NCBI RefSeq assembly: GCF_041956535.1
Contig: NW_027192211.1
Coordinates: forward strand, 304,684-368,683
Direction: 5' to 3'
DNA from: Calcarisporiella thermophila CBS 279.70
Taxonomy: Eukaryota > Fungi > Calcarisporiellomycota
DNA length: 64,000 nt
The position numbers and the translations under genes were made by a program. Shown here one piece after another: positions 24,628 to 37,930 of the stretch; within the stretch, counting starts at the first letter, position 1; each line of letters opens with the position of its first letter. The notes beneath the pieces were generated by a model. It did not search any database, was not told the origin of the DNA, and saw only the letters and a list, made by a program, of their open reading frames with translations.

Positions 24628-27395
24628 ATTAAATATTATATAAAAATGCTAGAAAACGAATGGTTAAGAAACGAAAAAAAATTAGGCGAGCTATATAGGA
24701 GAACAATGAAGAGACTAAGTGAAGGTGCAATCCGTAGTTATTGTGACAATAACAGAGAGTAGAATGAAGAGGAAAAGTAGAAAAGAAAAAGCAAAGGATG
24801 CAGATATTACAAATGAATCCGAAAAGAGAGGGTGCCTGAGAATGTCGGAGAAGTCATTACAAGCCTAGTGTGGGTTTAGTTTGAAGAGAGGGAAGGGAGG
24901 GGGAGAACAGGGCGAGAAAGAGTCGAGGGGAAAACAAACGCTGCGGGCGAGAAAACAAAAGCGTTCAGAACATTTTGCAGCCGAGAGAGCATTGTATATA
25001 GCCTTTTTCAACCCGTCGCCTTCAGGGTGTCTGCTTGTTGACGTGTTTTTGCGGGGGCCCCGCGCTAGAAATAAAAATGCACTTACATGATTACACGTGC
25101 ATTACATCTGAAGAAAACAGTCAACAAAGGGCCGCTGAGCCAGGAGGCCACCCAGGCTCCAGATGGAAATGGGTGGCAACTGACTGCCGATCGAGTGTAA
25201 CACGTCCGATTATTAAATATATGCCAAATTGCGCAGTTTCATTGCTCATCACGAGAAAAAGCATTGGAGAAATTATGACTGAGAAACGTTACCTAGAAAT
25301 TGGTCCCATCCTCCTACCCACAAGATTAAATCTGGCCAAGACCACAGCTCCACTCTACTCAATTATCTTTTTTGCGTCCTTTATCCCCGCTGTTTGCACT
25401 AGTGAGCAGCTTTGGGCCATTGTTCGCGGAGATAGCGCTTGGGAAATTATGCAAAGGCGTCAAATCTGGTTAGCTATAACTTGGTTTCATTTCATTTTCC
25501 GGTTTTCTCACTCCAAGGAACTATAGGTTAGCAGATGGGTCCCAAATGGCTGTATTTGCCCGTCGCCGAGCAGACCCGGAGAGCTGACACAATCTGTAGC
25601 TAACTGTTCTGCAGAGCAGCTACTATCGTTCGTTGATAGAGGCGAAACTTTTGCATCCGGCAAGATTTGGAGTGGAATACCCAAGGAAGTTTGATCCGGG
25701 TTAGAAGAAAATTCCTTAAGATGCGACTCATAAAACCCACTTCCATCATTAATCAGAAACCCGTTGAAATTTGCTCATTCAACTAGTAAAGAATTATCAA
25801 CCAGTATAAGTAATTCGGACATGGTTAGGCACGAAAGTGGGGGAAGATATTTGTGATTGGCTGAGTCGTTGTGGACCATGGATATGCAATTAAAGAAATT
25901 AGCAGTTGATAATTGTGAACAATACTGTTACAAGAAAAGCGGGGGTGTATTGAAAGAGAAAATTTTGCCTGTGATGGGAAAGTAGGGGATCCTGGCATTC
26001 CATGTTTATATCCTAGTAATAAAATTATTTCACTGGCCAAGGGAGATTAGTGCTGGTAAAACTTGGACATCAGTGGGAGATTGTACGAGAATCTATTACT
26101 CTATTGTATCTAGTGCAAAGTTTATGAAAGAATGGAAGAAGAATTGGCGTGATAGAAAGAACGAGCAATTAAAGGGATGGGTTAAAATAGATTGTGTGCA
26201 TTCTGTTATGAGATCAGTTGAAAATTATTGATTTCAAAATATTTGCACAGGATACCAAAGTAGTTGTAGCTACATTGGTATCCGTTCGAGAGCTCATTGA
26301 TTTGAACAAAATGAGACATTGTAGCCAAAACCATATCTCAAATACGGGCATTTTTAACGAAGGTGGGTTAACGCTGTTTCCCAACAATAAGTCATTTTTT
26401 AGTGAACTTCTGCAAATCTTTTATTAGGCCTTTAATTTCAATACTCTGAGGGATGGTCATAATAAATTACAACCATCGTACAGAATAATCGATACCAGAA
26501 ATACCCAATTATACCTAAAGCTCAGCATATGTTTAAAATTAATCAAGCAGCAAAGCATACAGACGTATTCAATCAAAAAACCCCATAAAATATGACTTGA
26601 AGGTTACGAAATATCCTGAAACTATACTTTAGGAGGAGTATTGTTTTTTTTAAGAGCATAACAGCCCCTACCAATAGGCAGTAGAAATGACTCTACCGAG
26701 AGCAATATACCTTCCGTAAAGGTCACAAGACTAAACACTATGCTATTACGGCCTTCGAAATTCAGGCGGGAAACTGTTTATTTTATAAGAAAATTTTTCT
26801 CCGCTTCTTCTTCATATAGCTCTATTCCAAGCATGCCCTAAGAACGAATCGATATGAAGTTGCTGCCAAAATGCAGGGCAGGAAGTCCATTTCGCTTGTT
26901 GTAGAAAATCATTGTGAAGGAGAAAATGAATCTTTTGTTAAGTGTATGACTCGTTGAGATTAAAAACAGGTGACTTTAAAGGTCGAATCAACCTCGGCCT
27001 AATCCATTAGAAAATTTTTACTTTGGCTTCTTGTCGCTATGACTTTAACGTGAGAATCTATGTATTAACAATGATACAAATTGAATACATGTGTCTATAT
27101 CACAGATTCAAATACAGGAAGACCAGCAGTCTCCAATGCCGAGTGTGGAGTGCTAATACAACCATGATATTCATTATATTTGGGATTCGGAGACTAGGAG
27201 TCAGTTCAATGAAGGCCAAGCCTCAATCATGTGATGTGACTGAGGCACAGCGTTTCATCGGAGCCGTTCATAGGGAAAGAGAAATCCGAAGCTGCGTATT
27301 CTTGGTATTCATTGGAGAGCAACTGGTTGTCATCAAGAGAAAAGAGAAAGCGGAGAAGAGAGGGGCAACTATTAAGGAAAAAAATTCTCTTAATT

Positions 27396-30300
27396 ATGCC
27401 GTTTCAGCCTTTTACTTTCCAATACATACTCCATGGAATTACACTAGATGATCCCTCAGCATCGCCTCCGACCCCACAACAAGGAATATCGCGATTCACG
27501 CGACGCCCTCACAGTGGATCCGGCCAATCGAGCTCGAACGCTTCGCGTAATCTTCTGTCGACTTCACCAAAGACGGGACGCCTAGTAGGATGGAACGTAG
27601 GAGGGCAAAATTCTTCACCGCAAGTGTCTGTAGAGACTGTGGAGGCATGGGGTAATTCTTACGAATTCTTTGCATATTACACGTATAAGAGTCTAATACC
27701 TATGGTTGCGCCCATCAGAAAATAATTTATATATTGGAACAACGGATGGACATGTGCTGCACTACGTGTTGGAAGAGCGGATATCGCCCGAGAGTGTAAG
27801 TGGCACTCAAGATTATATTCATTATGTGTATAAACTTTATAGCTATGAATCGATAGAACATACCCAAAAGTCGACTGGTGGAAAAACTCAATCTCGGTTT
27901 TGGAAAAAAAATTGTTGAGCGAATATCGCTGCTACCTCAGATCAGTAAAGCGGTGGTTCTATGTGGTATGTTTTTTGTAATTTCTATAGAGAAATTTTCG
28001 CGGGTCGTGACTGACTGAATTTCCTTGGACAGATTCCTCGATATCCTTCTATAGTCTTCCGGACTTCGAGCCCCTTCCCACTGCTAACTATCCGATCATT
28101 CGTGGCATAACCTTCTTCTGTTACGATGTATCTCGGGAAGGCGAGACAGAGCCAGACGGCTCTGTGAGAATATGTGCAATTAAACGTCGTGTTATCCACT
28201 TTTACCGCGTCAATCAGGGCCTCTTCATGGAACGAGAATTGAGTTTGCCTGATGGTGCGATTTATGCCGCTTGGTATGGCTCCCATATCTGCCTGGCAGA
28301 TTATCACCACTATTTGATTGTCGATGTTCCGGCGGGGCGTGCAGTACGTCTTGATGTGCCACACCCGAGTACGGTCACCACCGAAGGTCGTGGGATGCTT
28401 AAGCCGCAGATTGCGGTGGTAGGCGAGGGTGAGTTTTTGGTTGCGTCCGCCTTGGGCGACCGCTCCATCTTCGGTATCGGGATGTTTGTGTCGGTGACGG
28501 GCAATGCAACTAGCCGTGGCACCCTTCATTTTTCAAGTTATCCGCGATCTCTGTGTGTGGAGTATCCATATGCCATTGCTCTTCTTCGCACTGGGGTCAT
28601 TGAGATAAGCAACATTATCAACCAAGAGCGTTTGCAGGAAATACACCTCTCGGCCGGAGATTGTCGTGGAGTATCGCTCTCGCTTGGGATGAAAATGTGG
28701 GTGGCTGTGTTATCAGAACGACTGCGAACAAGACGGTTGAATGCTGCGGACCATGCTGGGAGTGATCAGGTATCGAAACTGGCGACGTTAACAGCACGGC
28801 TTCTGATTTATGGGCGAGACTCGATCATGGCCTTGGTTGCAACACCACTCGTAGTTCAAGTGGACAATATGTTGGATGAGGGACGGTTGGAAGAGGCGCT
28901 CGTTCTGGCCGATCAAGCTGCTTCAACTTTGCCCCCCGATAGGCAGCAGAGCACACGAATGGTATATGTGCACGGAAAAGTCCGGACTGTAGTTTAGTTA
29001 CTGATGACTATTCCCCTCCCAATTAGATGCATGAGTTGGAGTTTATTTATCAAAAGACGGGCTTAATTTATTTTGGAGAGACACTCTTTGACGATGCATC
29101 TACTCTATTAGAGAAGGGAAACATTGATCCTCGAGTGCTTATTAGTCTGTTTCCGGAAGTGGCCATCCCTGCTGTTGAGCGCGAGCTGGAGGAAATGGAG
29201 CTGTATGAAGGGGTGCACGAGGCACTGAGGAATTTAGGAAGTGTGAACCAGATCAGTAAGTGTTTTGCCACACTACGAGGTCGAATTCCCTGTTACTACA
29301 ATTAGCCACTGACAATCTCATAATGTAGTTGAGAAGTCGGTGTCTAAGATGTCCTCCGATGACGACTCCAATGCTGTCAAGGAGCTCGCTACTGTGCTTC
29401 GCACCAATGCCTATGAGATGCTTATCAAATTTTTGTCACGAGCTCGATCACGACTACGGCGTCGACCCGCCTTGACGGGGGATGTGCTTACGGCCATAGA
29501 CACCGCGCTTGTGAGAATATATGCCATTTGCCAAATGGACACGGAGCTTTATTCTATGCTAGAGAGAAAGAATAGCTGTAGAATAGAGGATTGTGAACCT
29601 GTATTAACCGCACACAAGGTATGGGCGATTTTCAATCCTGACCCGATAATATGTCTCTGATGGGTGAGCACTTGACATAGAAATACTACGCTTTGTCGGT
29701 ATTATATCTCTCACAGCACCACTACGCAGAAGCCCTGGACATATGGACCAAGTATGCCTGCTCATACGGAAATGTTATACTTCAGTTATTAACTCGTTTT
29801 TTCAGGATACTCTCCTCTGAGCTACACGACCCGGGGTTTAGCAATGGAATGGAGCGTCTTGTGGAAATGCTGGCAAACTTGGAGGATCGGGAGGAGCTTG
29901 TTGAAAAGTATATGTGGTGGGTGATGGAGCGAGAGCCGTCCGAGGGGATAAAACTATTTACTCTACCTAATCCCAACCATGTATCCATGAAATTCGATGT
30001 GGACGAGGTGTTGTCGCGACTGGACAAGTATGGACAGGAGTATGTGAGAACATACCTGGAGTATTTGATTTGGAAGAGGCATAGTCAGGTGCGTGTTGCA
30101 TCTCAGCTAATAGGACTACTGTAGCTTGACTAACTTGAGTTTAGATGGATGCTCACCACACGCGAATCGCTTTATTATACATTGACGACGTATCCTCGTC
30201 CTTTGGGCTTGATACTACGAATAGACTGCAAGAGTTTGCACAGGATTTTGCAGAGCGCTCGGTCGCCTCATGCTCCATCCCTCCGGTCGCCGCCTCTCCT

Positions 30301-31319
30301 CCCCCCTCCCCTCCGCCCTCCTCCCCTTCCCCGGGCACTTTTCTATCGGCGGTGGCAGAGCGGGTCGAAACAGATATTTTATGTCGAAATCGCTCGAAAT
30401 TGCTGGACTTTCTGCAATGCTCTGAGCTCTATGATACAGAGGCTATCTTGGCGCGATTACTGGAAAGCTGCCACGGAGAGCTGAAGGCTGAGATTGCCAT
30501 TGTTTATGGAAAGGTATTGCTACTTGCACACATTAAGCACAGTTGAAAAAAGGTACTCACATTTTTGTTCTTTATGTTGCCATCGTAGCTTCGAATACAT
30601 GACAAAGCACTCCGAATTTTAGTGGATGAGCTCAAGGACTTCCTCGGAGCCGAGGCCTACTGCTTGAATAACGGGCAAGTCATCGGGCAGATCGAAAAGA
30701 GCCGTCTGCTTGTTCGCAGCGAAAATAGCAAGAAGACGGCGGCAAGAAAATCGGGCGTGGAAAAAAATCGAAGAGAGCTGTTTATGATGTTGCTGCGAGC
30801 ATATCTCGCGATGCCCAATCTGCAAGTGTTATTTTATCCAAGCTATCCCTCCCCCCTACATTTATTCATTTTTCTATACAATGCTCTCTGCTGTTCATAG
30901 AGTACTGATGGTGTCCCAGACGATGCGTCTGTTAAGCAGACAAGCCATCTATCTCGATGTGCTGGAAGTCCTTAAAATCCTGCCGGATTTTATCTCTGTG
31001 GAGATGTTGAGCGAGTTTTTGGTGCGCTCGTTGCGAAAACATTTGCATGAACACCGGCAGCTGCGAATACTAAAGTCTCTGAGTTTTGGGGAAAACCTAA
31101 TGGTATGTAGGGAATTCTTGACCCTTCTCTCTATGCAGTGCTTGCAACCTCTATTTGTTCTAGGTGAGTCACGATTTGTACCGCATCTACGAGGACCGCG
31201 GGCCCGTCGTCATCACCGAGGATACGGTGTGCACGGTGTGTCAGCAGGTGATCGCTGACTCTGTCTTTAAGCGACTGCCTAATAATGACATTCTCCATCT
31301 TCACTGTTCCAGAAACTGA
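27396..31319 (+). CDS. TGFBRAP1: CORVET subunit Vps3/TGFBRAP1-like (CNH domain, CHCR, Vps39_2, C-terminal Zn finger)
   Basis: NLYIGTTDGHVLHY, CNH blades, IYQKTGLIYF...GNIDPRVLISLFP (closer to TGFBRAP1 than Vps39), AEAYC, VLKILP and CTVCQQVI...HLHC. Confidence 0.85.
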
Positions 31320-31970
31320 TATGCTCTGTTTGAAAAATATTTTTTTCCCCTCTGTATTTTATATATACTATATCCACTGCAACTCTAATAGATTATTCAT
31401 TTATTTTTGATTGGTCCGCCTGGTTGCGTAGATGGTCTGATTTCAGAATATCTGATAGCTATAAAGAGAAGTTGCAAGAGGGAGAAAAGGGGGGAGGGAG
31501 GGGAGAAGTACAGGGCGTGGTCATCGCTGACGTCCCCTGGTGCACCTGCCTTGTATTCTATTGCAGTGTGCGATCGAGGCATTTAGGTGTGAAATGATGG
31601 AATAAGGTTTAATGGTGCAAGAAGTAATTTTATTTCAAATTTTTTAAGCTTCATGACTGCTCATGACAGTCCAAAGCGGTTAGGCGGGTGGCTTGTTTCC
31701 AGACAATAAGGAAAAAGAAATGATTGAGAATGGGATCTATTTTATCAAAAACCAGTGCTTTTGATTCAATCTAGGTCGATCTTTGACAAAGACTCTCCAC
31801 CCATCTCCACACTACGGTTATTCTTTTCCTCTTTTGTCACCCTATTCTGAGCTTTTCCTTTTTTACCTTCCCCTGGCACCTGGCGACAAGACAACTCCAT
31901 CGGTCAACTTAACTAATTCCTTTCTCCACAAGGTTTAAGTACAAAAAAAAAAAATAAAAAAAATCAGACC

Positions 31971-34152
31971 ATGTCTAGCAACCCTCCCGACTACGCAACG
32001 GGCGATGTGACTCAGCGCTTGGGACGGAGGATCGCACATAATATTGATGATTCCTCGCGGCGTAGCCCACGGGGTCGCGGCAGAGGCAAATTCAAAAAGA
32101 GGACGACTGCGTCACCCCGCAATACCACCGACAAACTCAAGGTGTTCTCGCCTTCGCCTTCAGAACAATCGGATTCGTCCTACAGCGTGACGCTGCACCC
32201 GTCGAGTGCAGAGAGATCTAGAATTGAAAAGGAGGCCGGAATGGTATCCTCTCGACAGTCCAATGGAAGAAAGCGACGCCTTGGAGAAGGGTCGAGTGGT
32301 GATGAAAGCGAGGCAAGCGAATTGTCTGGAGCATGTAAGTGTGACATGGAAGTGCCCCCTTGTTCCCTATCCTTGCTCATCCCGCATATTGTCACTGTAT
32401 TTCTATTTTACTCTAAAAAGTTTCTGATGAGAGTGCAGAGGGAGACGACCAAGATATCGCCGATTTGAAGCGAGCGCATCGAACGGGCATGCGGAAGTTG
32501 GGGCGTATTAGAGGGCAGTTTAATGAATTGAAAGCTTGGTATGCATGATCAAATTGCATGCTGTATCAGACTTCCTTGACATTTGGTTTACTTTGTGCCA
32601 CCTCCCCTCCCTCCCCACAGGCTTGTTGAAATGCGCTTGAAGGACCTCGCTAAAGAGGTAGAGGAGCTTAAAGTTGGAAATCACAGGGGCATGATGAAGC
32701 AGCTCGAGGATGCTGAAAACAAACGTAATAAACACTTGCGTATGGCCCAGTACCGACTTCGGGCTTCGGAAGAGGCAGCTAACGCATTATTCGACGGCTT
32801 CTGCAAGCAGGCTTATGATGATTTTTTGGTTCGTAAAAGCGTCTGTTACTCTTGTATCTGTGGGCCTTCAATACCTACCCTTTTTTTTTCTTCATCTTCA
32901 GATACGACGACAAGAGCTCCGGGAATACTTCTCCCAGAGCTGGTTTGTCCAGTTCCGTCAACTGAGTCGAGAGATGAACGGCGCTAGCCCGAGCCCAGAA
33001 GATCCCGCCCACCCTGCCAAATGGCCCGTTTCCGTTCAGATCCCACTCACGGGATTGAATTCAGACGACGCAGTGGATGATTTGCGAGTCATTCGTGGAG
33101 ATGGGTCCCAAGGCCAGCCGCCCTCGCTCCCCTCCTCGCCTTCGCAACCCAACCCCTCTCAACTGCTGCCCTCGCCCCCGATTGAAATGCCACCGATCGA
33201 GGAGGCCCCAGTCGAACCCTCCCCGTCCTTGCATCCAGAACCTGAGCCCGAACCTGAACCTGAACCTGAACCTGGACCTGAACCTGAGCCTGAGCCTGAG
33301 CCTGAGCCCGAGTCTGGGCCTGGGCCTGGGCCTGAGCCTGAGCCTGAGCCTGTACACGAGCCCGAGCCCGAGCCCGAGCCCGCACCCCAGCCGTTGGAGC
33401 CGAAGCCTGTCCCTAAGCCAGAATTAAAGCAAAAGAGGCGAGTGGGGCGCCCACGGAAGCGGCCGACAAACGAGCTAGTCATGGCCAAAATAACCACCCC
33501 CTCATTATACCAGCAGGCCGAGAGAGAGAACGCTAAGGCGCGCGAACAAAAAAACACTCGGCTAGTATGGGAGGAAACCGTGGTGTCCCAGGTGGCGCCC
33601 CCCATCCCCGTCGAAACATCCCCGCCCTTGTCGATGGCTACCGAAACCGCTTCTCCTGCCCCATCCACCACGGACGTGCTGCTGACGCCCTACCCACCCA
33701 CGAAAAAGCCAACGATCAAAACCAAGCGGATTGGACGGACCCCGCTTGCCCTTCAGCAGCTCCAGCAGCAGGGGCTGGGTTCGCCCGCCGCCCGCCCGGA
33801 TGCCCATGCCACGAATTCTGCCTATTCGACCCCTATGAGCTATCCCCATCCACCTGTGATGCATACCTCGCGCTCTGCGGATTCAACCCCTTACTCGATG
33901 CCCAGCGACCTCGGCTCAAGCATGCGAGAGGGGCTTGGGATCTTCAACGCACCCTCTCCCACCTCCACCTCCGTCGTGCCCACCCACTCCCCCTCCAATT
34001 CCGCGGGCTATCCCCCCGATCTCTCGTCCTCTTCATCGTCCCACGTTGCCTCCTCCCACTCTCCCACGGAGGGAAAACCATTCACGTTCAAACGGAAACG
34101 GAAACAAACCTTGATCGACATTATGGACTCCACCACTGTAACTAGGTCATGA
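31971..34152 (+). CDS. Sds3-like (Sin3/Rpd3L-associated) coiled-coil protein with PE repeat and AT-hook
   Basis: Spliced [38 protein letters not shown] fits the Sds3-like pattern; RRVGRPRK is an AT-hook. Three GT-AG introns. Confidence 0.65.
33235..33381 (+). repeat. Coding hexamer tandem repeat (CCNGAR/CCTGGG) encoding a Pro-Glu/Pro-Gly tract
   Basis: cctgaa/cctgag/cccgag arrays encode PEPEPE...[10 protein letters not shown]. Confidence 0.9.
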
Positions 34153-34597
34153 AGACAAGCTGGATCGTCTGTTTTTTTTTTTCGCTCCTTTTTTCCTTAT
34201 AAAATACCTCCATCCCTATTCTAATACATACACATCTAAATTGATATATATTTTTTTCAAGCTGGCTTTTGATTTTCCCCCCCTCCCCCCCCTTTGTAAT
34301 ATATTGACTTTTCTTTCCCCCCTCCCCTCTCTCGCTCGGACCCCACTCGCTTCTTCATTGTATGTTTGTTTGTTTTACCTCAAAGCTGAAAAAGACAATG
34401 TTATTATATTCCTTTTGTTTTTGTTTTTTACTTTCTCTCTTAACAAAGAAATCGATATTTAATTAAACATGACTTGCTATACTACTTTTCTATAGGGGGA
34501 GAAATAGGGGGTGGAGAGATTAGAGTGGCGACTCCTCCTCACATTAGCATTAGAAAAGGGGGAACTATAGACGAGGCGATAACTACATAGAATACAA

Positions 34598-37202
34598 TTA
34601 ATTTACTGCACTCTTCCACGGGAACAGCCGGTGCAAACTAGGGCGCTTGTCTAATGACTTGCTTCGGTGGTACGGGTAGGGCCGGCTGTCCTGGGCGAGG
34701 CTGGTGCTGGGCGGGGCGGGAGTGGGGCCCCAAGGTCGAGAGAGCAGGTAGGTGAGGGATTGCATCCAGATATCGTGCCTTTCCCGGGTGCGGACCGAGA
34801 ATTTCAGCTCGCGCTGCGGCGTGCACACGACGATGCACGAGGGAGGAAGCAGCTGGGAAGAGGGGGCATTCATGGCGACGGTGTGGATCGATTCGATAAA
34901 GGCTAAACGGGAAGGGGAAAGGGGGGAGAAAAGAAAATGAGATGGTCTTCACCAGGCCTCTAGAGTTAAAGGGCCCCACTCGACTTACCGCTCTTGACCG
35001 TGGCCTCCGAACTGCCCACCACACCAGGCTTCTGCTCGCTCCAATACAGAGTTCGAGTGTACGGGTGGACCCACACATATCGCAAGTGCCGCTTCGCCGT
35101 CGCAAATCCTTTCGTGTACTTCCAGAGGAACTCCCCCATCATGGTGGAGGTGATCGCGCGCAACACGCTGCGATCCAGCGACGCATTCTCGAAGCTGAGG
35201 GGTTCGCTCTGAAGTCGCTTTATTGCCACAGGCTTTTCGCTGCCTGATTGACCCGAGATAGCGCCCCTCTTTTGCCTCTCCTCCCGAGGCTCGGCCGTTC
35301 TCAAGGGAGGGGGTGATAAGGGCTGTCGCTCCGGAGAAAACAGGGGAAACCGCTCGCTCTCTTCCGATTTTGCGGACGATTTCGCGGTGGGAGGGTGCGA
35401 GGGTTCGTTGGGTCGTAGCGGAGCGACGTCAATGGGGATCGGTTTATCCAAGCTCCTGGTGGGTTCGGAGCCAGTCTTCTCTCTTTGCCCTCTAGTGGGG
35501 GACTTTTTCGGGAGGGCGGGGGTGTCGAGCGGGGAGATCCACGCGTCCGACTTTTGCAAAAAATCAAAGTTCGGCGAATGCTCCCATCCCTTAGGCTCGT
35601 TGCGCGACAACAATGGCAGCGCACTCTTCCCCCCATTCTCCCCCTCGCAGCGCAAGGGGGAGATCGGGGACGGGGGCGCGATAAACTTGGACTCTTCCGA
35701 CGGCAGTATGCGCACCACTCTAGCGGTTTTGCTGATGGAGTTGCTGAGGGAGAGCGGACGAATGCCCCGGCCACTTTCCCTCGGCTTAGCGTCCGACCTG
35801 CTGGAGGGAGGCGTGGGCAGCCCCTCGTGTCCGGCAAACAGGGGGAGCGGGCCATCTGTGTTTTTGCTGGTGGGCGTCGTAACTTCGATCGAGCTTGAGG
35901 ACGGAGACGGCGATGAGGGCTGGTCGCCGGACGCATCCGGGAGCGGCGAGAGGGGCGAGAGCGGAGGGAGCGCGCTTTGCCCTTGCAGGGCGGACAGCTC
36001 GGCAAACAGACTGCGTGCGATGAAGTCGCCCGCCGTTATCATGGCGTCGTATTCGGTGAGCGGGGGTAAAACGCTGGCGTCCAATTCGCCCTCCACGTCC
36101 ATCAGGCTGTCTTCTTCCTCCTCTTCCTCGCCTTCTCTGCTCTCATGGCTGCCGCCGGGGGTGCCGGGTTCCTTTTCCCACTCTGCCAATTCCATGCTGC
36201 AGTAGGCCCGCTCATCGGCCAGCTCTTCGAAGTTGGCCACGATCTGGGAGACGGACCTTTGACGAGGCGGGATGGCGATGGGCGGGGCCCCAAGTCTCGG
36301 GTGGCCGCGCTTAAACTTGCGGATGTCGGTGCGAATATTGCGGCGGCGGATTCGTATCCGCTTCGGCAGCTTGGCATTGGAGGAGTGCGCCGCAGCAGCT
36401 GACTGCTGCGGCGAATTCAATCCACATGTGCATCTTGGCGCGCTTAAAGTGGTGACGTCCGCGTTTGCCGCGGGTCCATCCTCACCCTTGGCGTCCGTCG
36501 AAGCCATTTCTGTGGTTGGCGCGACCTGTGTTGCAGAGGCAGCCCCATCCACGCCCGAAAGTTTCCCTAGTACGCCAGGCCGACCTATCATGGCCGGCCG
36601 TCCCTTTTCCTGGCGCGCTTTCTGAGCGTCGGCCATCGCCTCGTTGACTCTTGAGGAGAGGCCGCTGTTCTCCCTCTGCAGCGTCGTGACTTGTCTATGG
36701 AGTTTGGCGAGTTCGTGCTCATGCTTGGCATTGAGAGCCTCCATCTCCTCCTGGAGTCTCTCCTCGCGCTCCCGTGCGAGGTCCATCTGGTCGGACGCGG
36801 CAGCGACCAGCTCGCGCAGGCGGATCTGGTTGGCCTTTGAGAGCTCGGCGCTGCGCACCTGGTCCGCGAGCTGGGAGCGGACTTCCTCGAGCGAGATTTC
36901 GAGCGTCCAGACAAGCTCTTTGAGTTTCCCTGCAGGGGGATGAGGGGGGGAGAAGGCGTGTGTTAGCGGAATCGGGTTGGGGGAAGAAAACGGGCTGGGG
37001 GGGGGGGGCGGGCCTTACCTTCATTCAGCTCCTTCTGTTGTAGTTGTTTGGCCTGGATCTCATTGAGGGCATCCAGCTCAGCAATGCGGGTCTCCAGCTC
37101 GCGCAGGCGATGGTCCTGGGCGGGAGGATCGTTGCACTGGTCCCGAGGCCTTGGGTGCCTGGCGGGTGGCGAGGGGCGGGGGTAGAGTTTATCGCGGAGC
37201 AT
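34598..37202 (-). CDS. Coiled-coil protein with C-terminal Mcp5/Num1-type PH domain
   Basis: N-terminal heptad-rich segment; C-terminal AITSTMMGEFLWKYTK...RHLRYVWVHPYTRTLYWS...TPQRELKF...HDIWMQSLTYLL. Two introns. Confidence 0.82.
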
Positions 37203-37433
37203 AATAGGGTTTAGAAGGAGGCAAACAAGCGAGGGCGAAGAGGAGAAGGAGGAGGACGAGGGGAGGCCGCGGCGGCGGGAGGCTGTGGTTCATAGGCAGG
37301 GCAGAATGCGGGCCGTAACAATATGAGGAAGTTTTATTAATGAAAGACGGGGAACTTGGTGTTTGAAACCGTTTGCTATTTCGCCTTGTTTCAATTTTGT
37401 TTAGAGCCGCGTAACAAGAGTTGGGACTGATGA

Positions 37434-37480
37434 GGCCCCGGCCAATGGCGCGCGCGCGCGCGCCCATAGGCCGGCGGGCT
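37434..37480. promoter_or_regulatory. GC-rich inverted repeat with (GC)n core in the divergent promoter of the Mcp5-PH and StuA-like genes
   Basis: GGCCCCGGCCAATGG-(CG)n-CCCATAGGCCGGCGGGCT, including a CCAAT box. Confidence 0.45.
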
Positions 37481-37930
37481 ACAGCGAAACTCGTTTTCAA
37501 TATAGCGGCAATCAATTTCCCATTTCCCCCAGGCTCGGCCCTGCGCGCCCATAGGCGGGCGGTTGCAATCAGGCCCGCCGCCCCGTCCCCAGCGATCGCT
37601 GCACCAGAGGGGCGAACTGTAATCCTCGCCCGATCTCTGCCGCCCCCCTTGCGGTTGCAAAGGGAAATCATTAACTCCTTATAAGGAAGGGGGTGCATAT
37701 GGAAACTTGTTTTTTTTTCTGCTCTTCTGTCTCCCTTACAAAGGATTGGGGATGCGAAATGAGTGGAGGGAAAAAATAAACGCCTCTCCTACTCCAGCTC
37801 TCTTTCTCTCTTCGCTCGACGCTGTGTTTTCCCCTGCTTCTTTTCCCCCTTCTCTCTCTCCCCCTACTGATTGCCCGCCTAAGTGCCCTGCCCGCTCCCC
37901 CCATCAGCTCCCAGCATCCCCCCAAGCCTG

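Noticed and set aside
33061-33671. Antisense ORFs rich in RL, AQ or GS repeats
   Set aside because: These are shadow frames of the Pro-Glu hexamer repeat. The same applies to most long antisense ORFs over GC-rich exons.
37420-37501. Hammerhead ribozyme (CTGATGA at 37427, long stem, GAAAC at 37486)
   Set aside because: An extra ACAG separates stem II from GAAA. Stem III would have a 2-nt non-palindromic loop, and stem I is out of register with a UH cleavage site.
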